50,390 nt of DNA from an uncultured Bacilli bacterium (GCA_947853245.1 CANTWP010000044.1:1-50390), one strand, 5' to 3'; positions 18,715-29,651 are shown, counted from the first letter of the stretch. Notes: generated by a model not told the origin, from the letters alone. A program made the numbers and translations.

Positions 18715-19722
18715 CTACATTTTACTGAGTTTATCTAATGCTTCTTCAAAAGTACTTACAGCTATTAAATTTATCTTATAATTATGTTCTCGAACAATTT
18801 GTTGTGCTTCTTCATAATTATCCATAGGTACTAAAAATAAATCTGCTTTAGCTTTAACAGCCGCCGCTATTTTATATTTTACGCCACCAATAGCACCAAC
18901 ATTGCCATCAACATCAATTGTTCCAGTACCAACTATTTTTTTACCCTTAGTAATATCTTCTTCTACTAAGGAATTATAAATAGCAAGAGATAACATCAAT
19001 CCACCAGATGGCCCTGATTCAGAATTCTTGAAATTAAATTTTACTTCTGGAACAGTTGATACATCATAATCTACAATGGCACTTATTCCAATATACTTAA
19101 TGTCATTATTTACAAAAACTGTTGAAGACGTATTTAATTCTTTTCCATTTCTTTTAACTAAAATGGTTATTTTATCGCCTATTTTAGAAGCATTTACTGT
19201 ATCTTTAATATTATTGACATCATTGATAGGTTTACCATTTAAACTAATGATTTCATCGCCTATTTTTAAATCCGTTTCAGCTTGTGAATCAATATACGCA
19301 ACAAAAAGTTTAGAATTAATTATCTCATAACTTTTACCAGCGGCTTTAAATGCAACGATTGTAGCATTATTAGTAGAATCATTAAGCATTAAATGCGCTC
19401 GAATATTGGCTTCTTCATAAGTTTCATTATTATAAACCTTTTCTTCTTTTTTGACAATATCTTGATCCTTATCAATTAAAGCCCAAAGTAATGTTGGTAT
19501 TATTCCTTTTATTTCAGTTACAGAAGCCATATACATACTTCCTTCACTTTCATAAGCAGAATCAACAATAATTCGATCTTCTACATTTATAACAGTTCCT
19601 GGTGCATCAATATAATATGGAAATGGAATATTACATATAGCATAAATAAAAACAAGGATTCCAATGTATAAGATGTTTTCTTTAAAAAATTTTTTTGTTT
19701 TATCATATATTTTATTGAACAT
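18715..19722 (-). CDS. ylbL: PDZ-domain / Lon-like (S16) serine protease, YlbL/SepM family
   Basis: An N-terminal TM segment, a central PDZ region (GDEIISLNGKPI) and a C-terminal Lon protease-like domain (GPSGGLMLSL...VGAIGGV..K). Confidence 0.8.
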   Translation of the reverse strand: MFNKIYDKTKKFFKENILYIGILVFIYAICNIPFPYYIDAPGTVINVEDRIIVDSAYESEGSMYMASVTEIKGIIPTLLWALIDKDQDIVKKEEKVYNNETYEEANIRAHLMLNDSTNNATIVAFKAAGKSYEIINSKLFVAYIDSQAETDLKIGDEIISLNGKPINDVNNIKDTVNASKIGDKITILVKRNGKELNTSSTVFVNNDIKYIGISAIVDYDVSTVPEVKFNFKNSESGPSGGLMLSLAIYNSLVEEDITKGKKIVGTGTIDVDGNVGAIGGVKYKIAAAVKAKADLFLVPMDNYEEAQQIVREHNYKINLIAVSTFEEALDKLSKM

Positions 19723-19764
19723 AATGTTTCACCCTTTCTATTTTATTAAGCTCAAGGAGTTCTT

Positions 19765-20730
19765 ATGAAAAAAACACTCTCTAATATTGGTAGTATGTTG
19801 GTATTATTATTCTTTTTAATCAATATTTTACTTAATTCTAATTCTGTTAATGAATCAATTGCTTTAGCCTTTAAGATTTGGAAAGAAAATCTTTTCCCTT
19901 TTTTATTCCCTATGTTTGTTATATCAGAAGTTATGTTGTCTTTTGGAATTATAGAGATATTAGGATTACTTGGAAAGAAAGTTGTAGAACGATTATTTCA
20001 TGCTAAACAAGAAGCAACTTATATATTTGTAATGAGCCTCCTAACAGGTTTTCCATCGAGTGCTAAATATATTAACACACTATACGAAAATGGTAAATTA
20101 GATGATAATGATGCTTCTAAAATTCTTTTATTTACTCATTTCTCGAATCCTTTGTTCATTATCGGAACAATTGCTACTACTTTTTTAGGAAATCCCAAAC
20201 TAGCAATTCTAATATTTATTTGTCATTACTTATCTAATATTATAATTGGAATTATTTTTAAAAATTACCATCCTATTAAAAAAGACAATAAAATGTCTTC
20301 TTTAGATAATCATTTTAAAGAAATTAAGAAAAACCCTAGAAAAAGATTAGGTACTATACTAGCGAATGCTATTGTCAATAGTATAAATACTCTTTTGCTA
20401 ATTTTAGGAACAATTTCCATTTTTTTAATTATTACATCAATTCTTAACTCCTTTATCGATTGTGGTGAAATTGGTAATGCTATAATAAATGGTATTATTG
20501 AAATGAGCCAAGGCTTAAAATATGTAAGCTTATTAGATGTTTCATTAGAGTTTAAAACTATAATGTCTATTATGATTATATCTTTTGGAGGGCTTAGTGT
20601 TCACTTGCAAGTAATGAGTATTTTAAGTAATACCAAAGTTAAATATTTGCCATTTTTATTAGCACGAATTTTACATGCTATTATTTCTGGAATCATGGCT
20701 TATTTCTTATTTTCCATTATAATTAACTAG
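19765..20730 (+). CDS. ylbJ: Sporulation integral membrane protein YlbJ (nucleoside-recognition-domain family)
   Basis: Motifs LFPFLFPMFVISE...LLTGFPSSAKY...FSNPLFIIG, characteristic of YlbJ. It is adjacent to ylbL, as in Bacillus. Confidence 0.7.
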   Translation: MKKTLSNIGSMLVLLFFLINILLNSNSVNESIALAFKIWKENLFPFLFPMFVISEVMLSFGIIEILGLLGKKVVERLFHAKQEATYIFVMSLLTGFPSSAKYINTLYENGKLDDNDASKILLFTHFSNPLFIIGTIATTFLGNPKLAILIFICHYLSNIIIGIIFKNYHPIKKDNKMSSLDNHFKEIKKNPRKRLGTILANAIVNSINTLLLILGTISIFLIITSILNSFIDCGEIGNAIINGIIEMSQGLKYVSLLDVSLEFKTIMSIMIISFGGLSVHLQVMSILSNTKVKYLPFLLARILHAIISGIMAYFLFSIIIN

Positions 20731-21181
20731 TTGGAACATAATGGACAATATGAATTCCAAAATCACTATTTGAAAATAATTTATGTGAAATAGGCATATA
20801 TACCGATATAACTTCATTATTAGTAAAAATAACTGCTTTATTTATAGTACTACCACTAATTACTGGATTATTATAGTCACCATAACTAATCGATTTATTA
20901 GGTTCAGAATACGATAAATTTTTACTCGTATTATTTGTAAATTTAAATGTAATACAATAGTCACCACAAGATGCAACACTATTTAAACCTTTATCTAAAA
21001 TATCTTCATATATCAAATTTACTATAATATTTTGTTTATTTAAAAGAACTGTTTTAACACTAGATTTTTCATAAACTTCTTTTAAAACTACTACAATTTG
21101 AAATAAGACCACTACTACAATTATACAAATAGAAAATGAAACAATAAGCTCTATTATAGAAAATCCTTTATTATTTTTCAT
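20723..21181 (-). CDS. Prepilin-type (class III signal) minor pilin/pseudopilin
   Basis: N-terminus MKNNKG/FSIIELIVSF (G-F-x-x-x-E cleavage/methylation motif) followed by a hydrophobic helix. Confidence 0.7.
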   Translation of the reverse strand: MKNNKGFSIIELIVSFSICIIVVVVLFQIVVVLKEVYEKSSVKTVLLNKQNIIVNLIYEDILDKGLNSVASCGDYCITFKFTNNTSKNLSYSEPNKSISYGDYNNPVISGSTINKAVIFTNNEVISVYMPISHKLFSNSDFGIHIVHYVPTS

Positions 21182-21664
21182 TTAATCGTCTCCTAATCTA
21201 AAAGAAGCATAAGTATCATCTTCAAATTCTAATAAAATACGATAAGTATTTTTTTCTTTTTTAATATAATTAATAAAATCATTAAATTTCTCAGATAATC
21301 CAACTCGACGTTTGCCTTTTAGATCATCATCATTTTCATAATAACAAATTAAAATAGTTTTTATTTTTCCTTCTTGTTTTAAACTAGCCCAAGAGGCATC
21401 TGATGTATAATTAGTTATATCATAACATTTATCTGTATAAGTTTTAACTGTATCTTTAATAGTATCTAAATAACTATTACTATCTAAATACACTTTAATT
21501 TCGTTAGTGATATATAATCCAGTTACGGTATTATAGTGAAAACTTTTATCATAGCTTCTACTAATGTTCTGAAATTGAATATACATGAATACTAGTACTC
21601 CAATTATAACTATAGACATAATTAATGCTTCGACTAGCATAAACCCTTGATTTTTTTTTTTCAT
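21182..21664 (-). CDS. Prepilin-type (class III signal) minor pilin/pseudopilin
   Basis: N-terminus MKKKNQG/FMLVEALIMS followed by a hydrophobic helix. It abuts the next pilin gene with no gap. Confidence 0.7.
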   Translation of the reverse strand: MKKKNQGFMLVEALIMSIVIIGVLVFMYIQFQNISRSYDKSFHYNTVTGLYITNEIKVYLDSNSYLDTIKDTVKTYTDKCYDITNYTSDASWASLKQEGKIKTILICYYENDDDLKGKRRVGLSEKFNDFINYIKKEKNTYRILLEFEDDTYASFRLGDD

Positions 21665-21683
21665 AAACTATCTCCTTTTATTG

Positions 21684-21712
21684 TTGCTATCTTTCTTTAT
21701 TTATTATATAAT
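21684..21712 (+). promoter_or_regulatory. Sigma-A-type promoter of the pilus ATPase gene
   Basis: TTGCTA (21684-21689), 17 nt, TATAAT (21707-21712). Confidence 0.5.
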
Positions 21713-21760
21713 ATTTTTAGGATAAATACTAGTCAAAAGAAAGATAAATGGAGGTTTTTT

Positions 21761-23038
21761 ATGTTAAAAATTTTTGAATACGATAAAATGCCAATCGTGG
21801 AAGTAGTTAATGAAATCCTAGTAGATGCTAGTCATAGAGGGGCTAGTGACATCCATTTCGATCCACATGATGAATTCATGCAAATAAGAATACGTATTGA
21901 TGGTCAATTAATTGATTATGCAGAAGTACCAAATGAAATTAAAAAAAATTTAATAACACGTATTAAAATAATTTCTGGTATGAATATCACTGAGTCTAGA
22001 TTACCACAAGATGGTGCTATTAAAGCAACTTTGCAAGACGTCAATCTAGATTTGCGTGTTTCCTCTCTTCCTACTAATGAAGGAGAAAAAATAGTTATTC
22101 GTATTTTAGATTATTCCATGAGTAAATCTGGAATCGAAAGTTTAGGTTTTAGCGAAAGTAATTACAAAAAAATATTACAAATGATCAGTGAGCCAAATGG
22201 TATTATCTTGGTTACTGGTGCAACTGGTAGTGGTAAATCAACTACTGTTTACTCTATACTACAACGTCTTAATAAAGAAGACACTAACATCATTACAGTT
22301 GAAGACCCAATTGAAATGAATATTGAAGGAATCAATCAAGTTCAAACTAATAGTGAAATTGGTCTAACCTTTGCAGCCGCTTTACGTTCTATTTTAAGAC
22401 AGGATCCCAACATTATTATGATCGGAGAAATCCGTGATACTGAAACAGCTAAGATTGCCGTTCGTGCTTCTATTACAGGACACTTAGTTTTATCAACACT
22501 ACATACTAATACAGCATTAAATACAATTGAACGTCTACTTGATATGGAAGTTGAACGTTATTTATTAGCTAGTGCTCTTACAGGTGTGGTTGCTCAAAAA
22601 CTAGCACGTAGCTTGTGTCCACATTGTCGTAAATTTCGACCAACCAATGAATATGAAAAAGAGTTATTTAAAAAAGTATTAAATAAAGACATTACAGAAA
22701 TCTATACCCCTGTTGGTTGTGAAGAATGTCGTAATGGTTACAAAGGTAGAATTGCTATTCATGAAGTGTTACTAATCAATCAAGAAATTAAAGATGCACT
22801 TAGTACTGGCATTAACAGAGAACATTTGCGTGAATTAGTATATAGTGCTGACGTTATTACAATGTTGCAAGATGGATTAGAAAAAGTCTTAAATGGTGAT
22901 ACATCATTTGAAGAATTATTAAAGATCATTGAACTTGAGGATGATGAAAAGTTAGAAAAAGAAGGTGGTCTTGAAGACGCCATGAATATTTTAGAAATAG
23001 CTAACGAACAAAACGATGTTGAAATTATAGATAATTAA
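21761..23038 (+). CDS. Type II/IV secretion ATPase (GspE/PilB/ComGA family)
   Basis: Walker A GATGSGKSTT, an Asp box, Walker B IMIGEIRD, a His box and the tetracysteine CPHC...CEEC. The ATG at 21761 is preceded by GGAGG; the listed upstream extension from 21647 runs antisense through the pilin start. Confidence 0.9.
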   Translation: MLKIFEYDKMPIVEVVNEILVDASHRGASDIHFDPHDEFMQIRIRIDGQLIDYAEVPNEIKKNLITRIKIISGMNITESRLPQDGAIKATLQDVNLDLRVSSLPTNEGEKIVIRILDYSMSKSGIESLGFSESNYKKILQMISEPNGIILVTGATGSGKSTTVYSILQRLNKEDTNIITVEDPIEMNIEGINQVQTNSEIGLTFAAALRSILRQDPNIIMIGEIRDTETAKIAVRASITGHLVLSTLHTNTALNTIERLLDMEVERYLLASALTGVVAQKLARSLCPHCRKFRPTNEYEKELFKKVLNKDITEIYTPVGCEECRNGYKGRIAIHEVLLINQEIKDALSTGINREHLRELVYSADVITMLQDGLEKVLNGDTSFEELLKIIELEDDEKLEKEGGLEDAMNILEIANEQNDVEIIDN

Positions 23039-23040
23039 TT

Positions 23041-23077
23041 AAAAACATCTTTCTAATTAAAAGAAGGATGTTTTTTT
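23041..23077. terminator. Bidirectional terminator between the convergent ATPase and prepilin peptidase genes
   Basis: Stem acatctttc / gaaggatgt (9 bp including one G-U), with an A-run before and a T7 run after. Confidence 0.65.
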
Positions 23078-23840
23078 AATGATTTAATAAATTAATTAAT
23101 GTATTAAAATCGATATTCATTAACAATACAATAATAGCACCTATACTTAAATAAGGTCCAAATGGAACAACATGATCATTTTTTTTAGTTAATAACAGTA
23201 ACGATAAAGGTAAACCTACAAATGAACCAATAAATATAGATATCATAGCAAGTGGAAATCCAAGCATTAAACCAAATACAAACATCAACTTAATGTCGCC
23301 ACCACCCATAGATTCTTTTTTAAAAATAAAATCCCCTATCTTTTTTAATAAATACATAGATAAGAACGCTAATGAGCCATTTAATAATCCCATTAATAAT
23401 TCTTTATAACCATCTATTAAGCCCATTTCTAAAGCTATTAAAGAACCAAATATTAATAAGATTTCATCTGGTATAATCATATAATTAAAATCACTTACCA
23501 TGATAATTATCAGCATCGATACAAAAGTAAGCGATTTTAACAATTCTGGTGACAATCCAAAAACTAAATAACAAAGCAAAAATACCAAGCCACATAAGAA
23601 TTCAAATATTGGATAATACCACGCTATTTTTTGATGGCAATATCTACATTTCCCTTTTTGAAAAACATACGATAATATAGGAATCAAATCTAATATTTTC
23701 AATTTATGATTGCAATTAGGGCAATGCGAAGGAGGAGAAACAATTGATTCTTCTCTTGGTAAACGCCACCCTACTACATTATAAAACGATCCTAAAACAG
23801 TACCAATTACAAATATAAATAAACCTATAAAACAATTCAT
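23076..23840 (-). CDS. Prepilin peptidase / N-methyltransferase (A24 family, PilD/ComC)
   Basis: An N-terminal Cys motif (SHCPNCNH...CRYC), the two catalytic Asp regions (SDFNYMIIPDE; GGGDIKL) and a polytopic membrane topology. Confidence 0.9.
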   Translation of the reverse strand: MNCFIGLFIFVIGTVLGSFYNVVGWRLPREESIVSPPSHCPNCNHKLKILDLIPILSYVFQKGKCRYCHQKIAWYYPIFEFLCGLVFLLCYLVFGLSPELLKSLTFVSMLIIIMVSDFNYMIIPDEILLIFGSLIALEMGLIDGYKELLMGLLNGSLAFLSMYLLKKIGDFIFKKESMGGGDIKLMFVFGLMLGFPLAMISIFIGSFVGLPLSLLLLTKKNDHVVPFGPYLSIGAIIVLLMNIDFNTLINLLNH

Positions 23841-23848
23841 AAAATCTC

Positions 23849-25627
23849 CTAACCCAAATCCTGAATAGCACTATATACACCAAACATTGGAATAATAATT
23901 GCTAACATGATAGCTCCAACTACTACCGTTAAAATAACAATCAAAACTGGTTCCATAAAGGTTTTAATACGGGAAACAGAATTAGCATGCAAATCTTGAT
24001 AATAGTCGGATACTTTTTTCATCATTTCTGGAAGTTGTCCTGTTTTTTCACCTGTAACTAACATCTCGTAAGCCGGTACTGGAAAAGCCCAATGATTTTC
24101 AAAAGATTTAGAAATTTTTTCACCTTTGGCTAAATTTACAATAGTTTCTTTAATAATATCCCTATAAATTTCATTACTAGTAACTTGATTTAATATTTCC
24201 ATACTATCTGTTATAAATACATTGTGTGCTAATAAAGAAGAGAACGTTTTAGTAAATATAGTAACTTCATTATATATTATAACATTAGAAAATACTGGTA
24301 AATGCATTGCTATCCATTGAAAAGCATATCGTACAGCTTTAACATTATCAAATAAATATTTTGATACCAAAACAAGTAAAACAAATATGACAAGCATATG
24401 ATAGATGTATTTTTGAAAGAAAGTACTTAAATTTAATACAAATTGTGTGAATGCTGGTATGTCTGCTTCCATACTCTCATATATATCAACAAAACGAGGA
24501 ATTACCCAAATCAAAATGAAAGATATAACTGCAATAGCAAATACTAAAATTATAGTTGGATACATCATCGCTGTAACCATTTGTTTTCGTGTTTTTTCAA
24601 TATTAGTAAAATAATCTGCCATATCATCTAAAGTTTCAGGAAGTTCACCAGTCATTTCAGCTGCTTTAACCATGTTAATAAGAATTTTAGGGAAAGCATT
24701 GCCTTGTTTTGACAAAGCTGAACTAAAGCTTTCTCCGGTACTAAGTTCATAAATTAAAGCTTTAAATAACTTTTGATATTTAACTTTAGTATATTGTTTA
24801 GAAAGAATCTTTAAGGAATCTACTAAAGGAATACCAGATTTAATATAAGTAGATAGTTGAGTTAAAAAGAAAATTAGATCCTTATTAGCCATCTTAACTC
24901 TACTATAACTTACACTACTATGAAATAATTGAATATATTTATTAGTTTTGATGTTATAAACTTCAAAACCTTCACTAATTAAATAAGAAAGAACTTCTGT
25001 CTTAGAATAAGCTTCAAAATATCCTTTTACTGTTTTACCATCAGGGGCTTTAGCAACATATTCATACATTAGTTTAACAGTATTTTTTTGTTCGTTCATT
25101 GCACTCATGTCGATAAGTAAAGCTTGTCTATCTATATCTTTTTTATTTTTTGCAGCTTTAGAAAATGAAGAATTTTTAACTGATTCTTTAATTTTTTTAG
25201 TGATAGTAACAGGAGCCATAAAGATAGAATTCAAAATATCATTAAGTTTTTTCTTTAAGCTAGGTTTTTCTAAAACTACGCTTTCATCTAAATATTCCTC
25301 TTCTACTGGCTTTTCTTCCATTTCTTGTCTTATTTTTTGTTCTTCAACTTCTTGTGCCAGTAATTGTTTACGGAACTTTGCCTCTTCTTTTTGTAGCATT
25401 TTTTGTTCCTTACTGCTGTCTGGAATACGTTCTTTTTTGCTACGATTTCTATCGATCATATTAAAAATTATTAACGGAAAACTAAAACCATATATAAAAT
25501 ATTGTATTAATTTACCTATAACAATGAAAAGCATAATAATACCAAATGCAAGGTATTTTAGAATATTAAGTGGAAATTTACTAAAGATCTGGCTAACCAC
25601 ACTCTTGCCGGAACTATTACTCTTCAT
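23849..25627 (-). CDS. Type II secretion system F / PilC / ComGB-family platform protein with a long N-terminal extension
   Basis: Two GspF repeats (...AAEMTGELPETL... and ...VTGEKTGQLPEMM...). The canonical PilC N-terminus (YEYVAKAPDGKTVKGYFEA) begins only at about residue 190. The ATG at 25627 is preceded by GGTGAT. Confidence 0.85.
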   Translation of the reverse strand: MKSNSSGKSVVSQIFSKFPLNILKYLAFGIIMLFIVIGKLIQYFIYGFSFPLIIFNMIDRNRSKKERIPDSSKEQKMLQKEEAKFRKQLLAQEVEEQKIRQEMEEKPVEEEYLDESVVLEKPSLKKKLNDILNSIFMAPVTITKKIKESVKNSSFSKAAKNKKDIDRQALLIDMSAMNEQKNTVKLMYEYVAKAPDGKTVKGYFEAYSKTEVLSYLISEGFEVYNIKTNKYIQLFHSSVSYSRVKMANKDLIFFLTQLSTYIKSGIPLVDSLKILSKQYTKVKYQKLFKALIYELSTGESFSSALSKQGNAFPKILINMVKAAEMTGELPETLDDMADYFTNIEKTRKQMVTAMMYPTIILVFAIAVISFILIWVIPRFVDIYESMEADIPAFTQFVLNLSTFFQKYIYHMLVIFVLLVLVSKYLFDNVKAVRYAFQWIAMHLPVFSNVIIYNEVTIFTKTFSSLLAHNVFITDSMEILNQVTSNEIYRDIIKETIVNLAKGEKISKSFENHWAFPVPAYEMLVTGEKTGQLPEMMKKVSDYYQDLHANSVSRIKTFMEPVLIVILTVVVGAIMLAIIIPMFGVYSAIQDLG

Positions 25628-25745
25628 AAATACTATCACCCACTCTTTTTACTTTTCTCTACTATAAAAATATTATAACATAAATTAAATTTTTAGAAAA
25701 CAAATTTAGATAAATTCATATAATATTCTAGAAAGAGGTATACTT

Positions 25746-26135
25746 ATGAATTATAACATTCCATATTACAGCATGATGCCCATGTCTAGAGCAGCTGTAA
25801 TGTCGCCAATGCGAGGTGCCTCAGGAGGATTATTTAGTAGAATATTTCGAGGTTTTAATATCAGTTCAATTTTAACCAATACCCAAAAAACACTTAATTT
25901 AGTTAATCAAACAATCCCTATTGTTAAGCAAATGAATCCACTTGTAAAAAACGCTAAAACAATGTTTAGAGTAATGAATGAATTTAAAAAAGTGGATGAC
26001 GCCCCAAAAAATAACAATAAAAAAAGCGATAGTATAAAGGAAACACCAAAGAATGATAATAACCACACAGAAGTGTCAAATAATGTAAATACATATACTA
26101 ATCAAACTGAAGGACCTGTATTTTTTATAAACTAA
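25746..26135 (+). CDS. YqfQ/VrrA-like small protein
   Basis: The pattern GGLFSRIF...ILTNTQKTLNLVNQTIPIVKQMNPLVKNAKTMFRVM resembles the YqfQ family. It is syntenic with trmK-sigA-dnaG, as yqfQ is in Bacillus. Confidence 0.5.
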   Translation: MNYNIPYYSMMPMSRAAVMSPMRGASGGLFSRIFRGFNISSILTNTQKTLNLVNQTIPIVKQMNPLVKNAKTMFRVMNEFKKVDDAPKNNNKKSDSIKETPKNDNNHTEVSNNVNTYTNQTEGPVFFIN

Positions 26136-26161
26136 AATGACATTTTTTGATGTCATTTTTT
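26134..26161. terminator. Bidirectional terminator between the yqfQ-like gene and trmK
   Basis: Stem aaaatgacat / atgtcatttt with a T-rich loop and flanking runs. Confidence 0.6.
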
Positions 26162-26817
26162 TATGTATTTAAATAATTTACAATTATATTCTTATTATTT
26201 AGTAGTTTATTTCTATTTTCAGAAAATTCCTCTGGTATATTATTAATCATTTTATCAAATTTTTTATTTAAATATCGCAGATATTGTAAATAAACCTTAT
26301 TGTTAGAATTTTTCATCAAAACCGGACCTAAAAGTAATTCTTCACTCGTATAATGTGAAATACCCTTTTGAAATTTAATTAATACATAAAAGTAATTTCC
26401 TTCAAATATTACCTTTTCATCTACTATTTGATAGCCCCAGTTACTCAAAGTCTGTCGTAATAATGGTAAATCATCATTAGACTGAATAATAGCTGAATTA
26501 AAATCTTTATTATTTAAAATATTTAAAATAGTTCTAGTTCCCATACCCGCAATTACTAAAATAGAATTACTTGGAAGAATTATATTATCAATACCATTAT
26601 TTAATAATACTGGAATATTAAGGTTATGCTTGGCAATATTCTTCTTAGCAGTAGCTACAACTGTTTGTCTAATATCAATTGCATAACAAGTAATATGTCT
26701 ATTTAACGTTAAATAAATATCAAGATAAGCATGATCACAACCAATATCATAAACAATTTGATTATCATCGATCATGCTAGAAATGGCCAACAAACGTTTA
26801 GATATATTATTATTCAC
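26161..26817 (-). CDS. trmK: tRNA (adenine22-N1)-methyltransferase TrmK (YqfN)
   Basis: The SAM-MTase motif [11 protein letters not shown] and its position immediately downstream of sigA, as in Bacillus. Confidence 0.85.
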   Translation of the reverse strand: MNNNISKRLLAISSMIDDNQIVYDIGCDHAYLDIYLTLNRHITCYAIDIRQTVVATAKKNIAKHNLNIPVLLNNGIDNIILPSNSILVIAGMGTRTILNILNNKDFNSAIIQSNDDLPLLRQTLSNWGYQIVDEKVIFEGNYFYVLIKFQKGISHYTSEELLLGPVLMKNSNNKVYLQYLRYLNKKFDKMINNIPEEFSENRNKLLNNKNIIVNYLNT

Positions 26818-27895
26818 TCATATAATCCTTTAATTTTCTTGAACGTGATGGATGACGTAATTTACGTAAAGCTTTCGCTTCTATCTGACGAATACGTTCA
26901 CGAGTAACGCCAAACATTTGTCCAACTTCCTCTAAAGTTCTAGATTTTCCATCTTCAAGTCCAAAACGTAAACGTATTACTTTTTCTTCCCGCTCAGTTA
27001 AAGTCAATAAAACTTCAGATATTTCATCTTTTAACATTTCGTTGGTAGCATATTCTTCTGGGCTCATGTTGTTTTCATCTTTAATGAAATCTCCTAAATG
27101 TGAATCATCTTCTTCACCAATTGGTGTTTCTAAACTAACTGGTTCTTGACTAATCTTATATATTTCTCTAATTTTTTCTACAGACATGCCCATTTTTTTA
27201 GCTAATTCTTCTTCACTTGGCTCACGATTTAATTCCAAAGTTAATTGTCTTTGAACACGAGCTAATTTATTAATAGTTTCAACCATATGAACTGGAACCC
27301 TAATAGTTCTTGCCTGATCGGCAATCGCACGAGTAATAGCTTGTCTAATCCACCAAGTTGCATAAGTTGAAAATTTATATCCTTTTGTTACATCAAACTT
27401 ATCAACGGCTTTCATAAGTCCAATATTACCTTCTTGAATTAAATCCAAAAATAGCATACCACGACCAACATATCTTTTAGCAATCGATACAACTAAACGT
27501 AAATTAGCTTCTGCTAAAATAGTTTTAGCTTCTTGATCACCTTGTAAAATGCGATCAGCAAGGGCCAATTCTTCATCCATAGTAAGTAATTTAATCTGAC
27601 CAATTTCTTTCAAATACATACGTACTGGATCATTTATTGTTAAATCTTTAGTTAAACTAGTATCATCTAATAATAACTTATCGCCACCATCTGGTGTCCC
27701 AGCAGCCTCTTCTTCTGATACAACTGCAATATTATTTTCATTAAATAAATTATATAATTCATCTAAAGAATCAGCATCTAAATCTAATCCTTTTAGTGAA
27801 GCCGCTAATTCCTCGTAGGTAATATACCCTTTTTCTTTACCTATTTTAACTAATTCTTGTTTTCTGTCATTAAAACTTTTTATTTCATTTATCAT
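26810..27895 (-). CDS. sigA: Primary RNA polymerase sigma factor SigA/RpoD
   Basis: Regions 1.2-4.2 are intact ([46 protein letters not shown]). Confidence 0.97.
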   Translation of the reverse strand: MINEIKSFNDRKQELVKIGKEKGYITYEELAASLKGLDLDADSLDELYNLFNENNIAVVSEEEAAGTPDGGDKLLLDDTSLTKDLTINDPVRMYLKEIGQIKLLTMDEELALADRILQGDQEAKTILAEANLRLVVSIAKRYVGRGMLFLDLIQEGNIGLMKAVDKFDVTKGYKFSTYATWWIRQAITRAIADQARTIRVPVHMVETINKLARVQRQLTLELNREPSEEELAKKMGMSVEKIREIYKISQEPVSLETPIGEEDDSHLGDFIKDENNMSPEEYATNEMLKDEISEVLLTLTEREEKVIRLRFGLEDGKSRTLEEVGQMFGVTRERIRQIEAKALRKLRHPSRSRKLKDYMSE

Positions 27896-29651
27896 ATTTC
27901 TCTCTCCTTGATTTTAATTCAACTAATTTATTTCCTATCTCTAGCTTTTCTTCTAAAGTTGTCGATTGTTCTAATAGTTTATTTAAACGTTCACGTTCTA
28001 TTTCTATATTATAATCCAAAATAATATTAATATAATCTTCAATTTCCGTCATAGTGTAATCTTCTTTAACTTTATAATTGCTTACTTGCTTAATAGCATC
28101 CATATACACCTGTTCTTTATCTAAAATATATGTAATAAAATTAGCCTCGGATATTTCATGAAATTCTTTATAATAAGTAATAATCATACGATATAAATCT
28201 CGATATGATTTAGTTGGTAAACTAGATAGTTTCTTCATACACAATTCAATTACTTCTGGACTTTTTAACATATAATATATTAAATAGTTTTCTGCTTTTT
28301 CATATTTAGATAATATTTTAGATACATTTATATCTTTTGGAACTTCAGATTCCTTGATATCAGCTTTTGTTAGCTTACTTTTTAAAAAATCTGCATCTAA
28401 TCCTGCTTCTTTACTAATTTTATTAATAGTAATTTCTCTTAATATATCATCATCTATTTTATTTAATTCCAAAATGACATCATTAACATAATTAGATGTG
28501 TCTATTGTATTATTAAGATTGCGATTCTTTTTCAAATAATTTAATTTAAAATCCATAATATTAATAGGATTATTCAATTTATTTAAGAATGTTTCCTTGC
28601 CATATTTCTTTATATAATCATCCGGATCTAATCCTTCTTCTAATCTAACAACCTTAGGAGTTACACCAATTCGTGCTAGTTCATCAGAACAAGCCATTGT
28701 CGCATGTTCTCCAGCATCGTCGCCATCAAATAACAAGATTACTTCTTTCGCCATTTTTTTTATAAGCAAAGCTTGATTTTTAGTTACCGCTGTTCCCATG
28801 GTTGCAATTACATTTTTAACACCGATCGTATAGGATCTAATGACATCCATAAAGCCTTCCATAACTATTACCTGATTTTTCATTCGACATTCATCTTTAG
28901 CACGGTGATAATTATATAAAAGTTCACCTTTTTTAAATATCTCTGTTTCTCTAGTATTAATATATTTAGAAGGGCTTGTTCCATCGAATACTCTACCACT
29001 ATAACCAACAGGTTTTCCATTTAAATTATAAAGCGGAAACATTATTCTATGACAATATATATCAACTAGACCAAATTCATTTTTAGTAACTAAGCCTGTC
29101 CTTTCAATATCGTTCATACTAAATCCTTTTTTTAAAAGTAACTTAGTTAACATATCTCTATTTTTTAAAGATAGACCAATATCAAATTCTTTAATAATCT
29201 CTTCATCAATATCCCGTTTTAACAAGTACTCTTTTGCAACTATGCCTTCTTTTGTATTAAGATTATTTTGATAGAATTTTAAACTAAAATCATAAATGTC
29301 ATATAACTCTTTATTAATAGTTGTAGTGGGTATTACATTTTTAAAATCTATTTTAATATCAATGCCAGCTTTGTCCGCTAAAATCTTAATAGCTTCTATA
29401 AAACTGATATTTTCATAATCCATAACAAATTTTAGTACATTACCAGTCGCACCACAAGAAAAGCATTTATAAATTTGCTTATCTTTAGATACACTCATAC
29501 TTGGGGAATGATCATCATGAAATGGACAAACTCCAAAGAAATTTTTACCCCTTTGAATAAGTGGAATGTATTTTGATACTACATCTATTATATCAACACT
29601 ACTGCAAATATGATTTATTTCTTCTATAGATAGTCTGCTCACCAAAATCAC
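27885..29651 (-). CDS. dnaG: DNA primase
   Basis: The zinc ribbon [13 protein letters not shown]...CFSCG and a TOPRIM domain (VMEGFMDV...DGDDAG). The true start is probably the TTG or GTG 2-3 codons inside the listed ORF, after GGGAG. Confidence 0.95.
   Translation of the reverse strand: MILVSRLSIEEINHICSSVDIIDVVSKYIPLIQRGKNFFGVCPFHDDHSPSMSVSKDKQIYKCFSCGATGNVLKFVMDYENISFIEAIKILADKAGIDIKIDFKNVIPTTTINKELYDIYDFSLKFYQNNLNTKEGIVAKEYLLKRDIDEEIIKEFDIGLSLKNRDMLTKLLLKKGFSMNDIERTGLVTKNEFGLVDIYCHRIMFPLYNLNGKPVGYSGRVFDGTSPSKYINTRETEIFKKGELLYNYHRAKDECRMKNQVIVMEGFMDVIRSYTIGVKNVIATMGTAVTKNQALLIKKMAKEVILLFDGDDAGEHATMACSDELARIGVTPKVVRLEEGLDPDDYIKKYGKETFLNKLNNPINIMDFKLNYLKKNRNLNNTIDTSNYVNDVILELNKIDDDILREITINKISKEAGLDADFLKSKLTKADIKESEVPKDINVSKILSKYEKAENYLIYYMLKSPEVIELCMKKLSSLPTKSYRDLYRMIITYYKEFHEISEANFITYILDKEQVYMDAIKQVSNYKVKEDYTMTEIEDYINIILDYNIEIERERLNKLLEQSTTLEEKLEIGNKLVELKSRREKYDK

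Noticed and set aside
21647-21760. The listed 38-codon N-terminal extension of the pilus ATPase ORF.
   Set aside because: It overlaps the divergent pilin gene start and its promoter region. A perfect GGAGG-spaced ATG at 21761 begins the conserved GspE N-terminus.
25107-25667. A 186-aa plus-strand ORF.
   Set aside because: It is antisense to the N-terminal extension of the PilC-like gene. It is an S/F/L-rich mirror-image artefact of the K/E-rich coding strand and has no SD.
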